Source: Atractiella rhizophila
Lineage: Eukaryota
Length of the DNA: 37,999 bases
Direction: 5' to 3'
Assembly: GCA_021432655.1 (NCBI GenBank)
Contig: MU271627.1
Coordinates: forward strand, 1 to 37,999
Positions 35,040 to 37,999 of this stretch are shown here, in pieces. Below the pieces are notes generated by a model. It saw only the letters and a list, made by a program, of their open reading frames with translations. It ran no database searches and had not been told where the DNA came from. Made by a program: the position numbers and the translations under genes. Every line of letters begins with the position of its first letter. Position 1 is the first letter of the stretch.

Positions 35040-36006
35040 TTATATTTTGCTCGGAGGCGTATGGTCAGGCAGAGTGCTTCCTTTTAAAGCTTGTACAGTA
35101 GCTTCTGCGAGCCTGTTTTGCGTGGAAGCTTTTCAGATGTCGTTCTTCCTTGAAACATGAATCATATACTCACGGTCTCGCACTCATTGGATTCTGACCA
35201 CTAAATAGCTTTCCGTCCACAACCACAAATGGTTGAAAGTTTGCGACACATTCGAAGCTGGCGCCGTTTGCTGCGAGGACGTCTTCAAGCAGGAAAGGAA
35301 AGGAGTCCTCTCTACCTCTTTGATCGCTGCCTTCTCAGAATTGGTGTTGCCCGTCACCTTCTTCCCCAAGTGAGATATGAGCCGTTGGAGAGTACGACGT
35401 AGGCATAAACGCTCAGTACATTGCACACTGCTGAGACAATCCATGGGGGAAGTAAAGATGATGACCCTATAGGATGGAGAGATTGCGGGAAGCAAACCTT
35501 TCCAGCCTCCTAAAACTCTGCAATCAGTTTCTGATTGGTTTCGCTGGTCGCTAAGTCGAAGGTAGGTCCATCGCCTCCGGGGTAGAAGATGGCATCATAC
35601 TCGCTTGCCTTACCAAGAAACTCGCTTAAAGGAATAGTGTTTTTCCACAGCGAAGATTCCTTAAGCACGATAAACACTTTTACTCCTAACTTGTAGGCCA
35701 CCAGGTAGGAAAAGAGCTTGCGTACCGCCTCGAAGAACTCCAAGGACTCAGAATCATTCAGTTTTGTCGCCACTTGAATTGACCAAGGGTCTAATGGTGC
35801 TTCTCCGCCGTTTGTGGAAGCAAGGACAATTTCATAACCTTCGTTCTTGAATATGTTATACGGGTGTGCTAGCTCGTTCTTTACATCCGTATCGTGCTAA
35901 TTAGCAAAGAGGAAGGTAAAGGGACCAGACGAACAAGGAACCATCCCCCGAGAGAATCTTCGCTGCGAGGATGTGACGTGAGGACGATCAGGATCTTTTT
36001 GGTCAT
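35040..36006 (-). pseudogene. DJ-1/PfpI family (Hsp31-like glyoxalase III) pseudogene
   Basis: MTKKILIVLTSH, GWFLNELAHPY, ASTNGGEAPLDPWS, YDAIFYPGGDGPTFDL, IVSAVC, GKKVTG and VVVDGKLFSGQNP. In-frame TAG at 35510-35512, no AG acceptor before IVSAVC, and frameshifts near 35370 and 35295. Confidence 0.85.
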
Positions 36007-37460
36007 CTAGAGACTCTTGCTTTATTCAGATTGCTTCTTGCCCTTGGTGCTATGCGTTAATGGGGGGAGCGGAAAGATGGTATGACCGGACAGGTTACGC
36101 TGACGGTGGCGCATTTGTTTGTGTCATTCCGAAAATACGGTGGCTTCTCCGTAGAACCCATTCTCTACCTCTTTGTACCGTTTACAGTACCTACAGACTC
36201 ATCAGGATTGTGTGGTCATCAAGACACGAACGCCATCCGCGTGTGGAGTCAAACATAAAGCACCGAAGCCTTCAGTCATTCCTTCTCCGACGCCATATCC
36301 CGTCTTACTTCGGTAGAGATGAGGATGAAAGCCCGGAGGGCTTTATATCGCGAGGATAGGATGAGTAAGAGGTTTCGTTTGACAATCACCTCATCGAGAC
36401 AGCTTAAAGAGCTCAGCTCAGGAACGGGGACAGAAGGTTGGATCGAATTTGAAGTCTGCGGAAAAGATGTCAATGGATTCAAACGAACTGGATGAGGAGA
36501 GCTTCTGCGTTTTATCAACATCTTTCCATATTTCCTTATCCATGAGATAGTACTGGGTAAAGGTCTATTTAAAGTAGACCGTGTCATACGAGGGATCTAA
36601 ATCCCCAAAAGATTTTCTCTCAATTCGTGGCTGCGCCACGAAAGCACTTGTGAACCGAAGAGCTGAGGAAAGGTGATGACGCTTCGCAATCGGAGTCAAC
36701 ATCGCTGCAGTGCTTTTGAGCAGGGCAAATTCAACTCCTACAGGACAGCAAGAACGAAAGAAGTTTGGGACTGACCCAGAAGCATTTCAAACAATCAGTT
36801 CCGGGATCAGCGTTCAGCCCTGGCTCGCGCGAGGCTGGAAGGATATCCCTGTGCTCTTAACCGCCAAGTACGACAATGAAGGCATTTTTCACAGGAAAAC
36901 TTCTCTACCGCACTATTCAAATGCAACACCAAAATGACAACCATTTCGCCTCACCCAACTGCTCCTCCTAAAGACTAAGGAAGATCTCACAATAACGCCT
37001 TGGAACTAGCTCCATGCATCCCTCTGCTATCTCTGACTCCGAGTCATTACAGTTGATGGTTGCTGATGCATGCGCTGAGCTAATGCGTGTCGCGGGACGG
37101 CTCCAAGAGAAATGAAGGAATATGTCGATCTCAGGCTAATAATGCTGAGCTCGTGCGGACCCTTTTGGTCGGATATATTTGGAGATCATTGAGATTGGGG
37201 AGCCCGGAGCGCTGTATTCAAGCTGTGGGATGGCATGGGTTTTGTGAGCATTTTCTTATCTTGAGAAAATGATATTCGGCTGGAGGACAACAGTGGGATT
37301 CATGATTTGCTGTTTTCGGTCAGCATCATCCGCTTATGCAGAACTGGTCGGGACATAACGAAAAGGTCGAATATGAAGATAGGATTTGCAGGAGGCTTTT
37401 TCCTGCCAGGGAGACTCTTGCCCAAGCCGCGGTGTTCTGGCAGGTCTTTGTGCCAAGACC

Positions 37461-37999
37461 TTAGAGCAAAAGATTTGCAGTCAAATTGTTGAGTTGTTGG
37501 GGCTTAACCAAGTCAAGGAGTAGAGGAGTAACATAGCCTAAGTGAAGCCTAATGACCCAAGGGAATGAATGCCTAATACTACTCAAAGATAACCTGCACA
37601 GCCCAATCGCTGTTTCCGTCACAATCTTCATCGTGTTCCAAGACATGGATAACTGCTCTATCATAACGCACTTCCTCAACAGGTGTCCCGACGGAAACAA
37701 AGTTTGGTCCACGGGCGCTGTTGCTCTCTGATGGCACTCCATTCGTGAGGACGGTGAGCTCGTTATGCACCTGAGGAATGGGTTCGCACGTGGTGCGATG
37801 CTATGACACTCAATTCGTATACTGCACCTGAAAGGCTTGAAAGGGCTGAGACGTACGATGGTTGTAAACTTCACGTTTTCTGTTCCGACAGGAATGCTGA
37901 GCAGCTCTGATATTTGACAAGCAACTGTTCCATTCGCGAGAGGGATCATGTGGACGCTTGGAATATGAGAGGAGGGACAAGAAGTTTGAGCAGATGCAA
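37461..37999 (-). pseudogene. Possible degenerate gene fragment of unknown family
   Basis: Overlapping minus-strand ORFs (37461-37949, 37579-37770) appear to hand off by frameshift. LSIPVGTENVKFTTIVR weakly resembles LDVPVSCQTIRFSRLPR at the F-box gene N-terminus. Confidence 0.2.

Noticed and set aside
35510..35512. Programmed stop-codon readthrough or recoding in the DJ-1 gene
   Set aside because: Additional frameshifts and a lost splice acceptor indicate ordinary pseudogenisation.

Overview
Eukaryotic, intron-rich fungal DNA (short GT-AG introns; gene content suggests a basidiomycete, an inference). Nucleotides 1-6003 hold three tightly packed conserved genes: a DUF2433-type metallophosphoesterase-like gene, a TruB/Pus4 pseudouridine synthase and a Nop13-like two-RRM nucleolar protein. 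The Nop13-like gene carries an internal ~370-bp tandem duplication joined by an A15 run. From ~6 kb on, the window is a duplication-and-decay zone. It contains a BTB gene plus a broken copy, a protein-kinase-like pseudogene, and a UPF0187/bestrophin gene whose middle is replaced by a kinase fragment. It also holds one intact and two decayed copies of V-ATPase subunit f (RNase kappa family), an HSL-family esterase, an F-box gene, a 6-Cys small secreted protein and a DJ-1/Hsp31 pseudogene. The best novelty candidate is a family of three spliced paralogs (9816-11021, 17255-18628, 23315-24752) plus a 5' remnant. They share an unrecognised C-terminal domain with invariant Cys/His residues and identical intron phases. 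No RNA genes, CRISPR arrays or recognisable transposases were seen. All exon models were read by eye and need RNA-seq confirmation.
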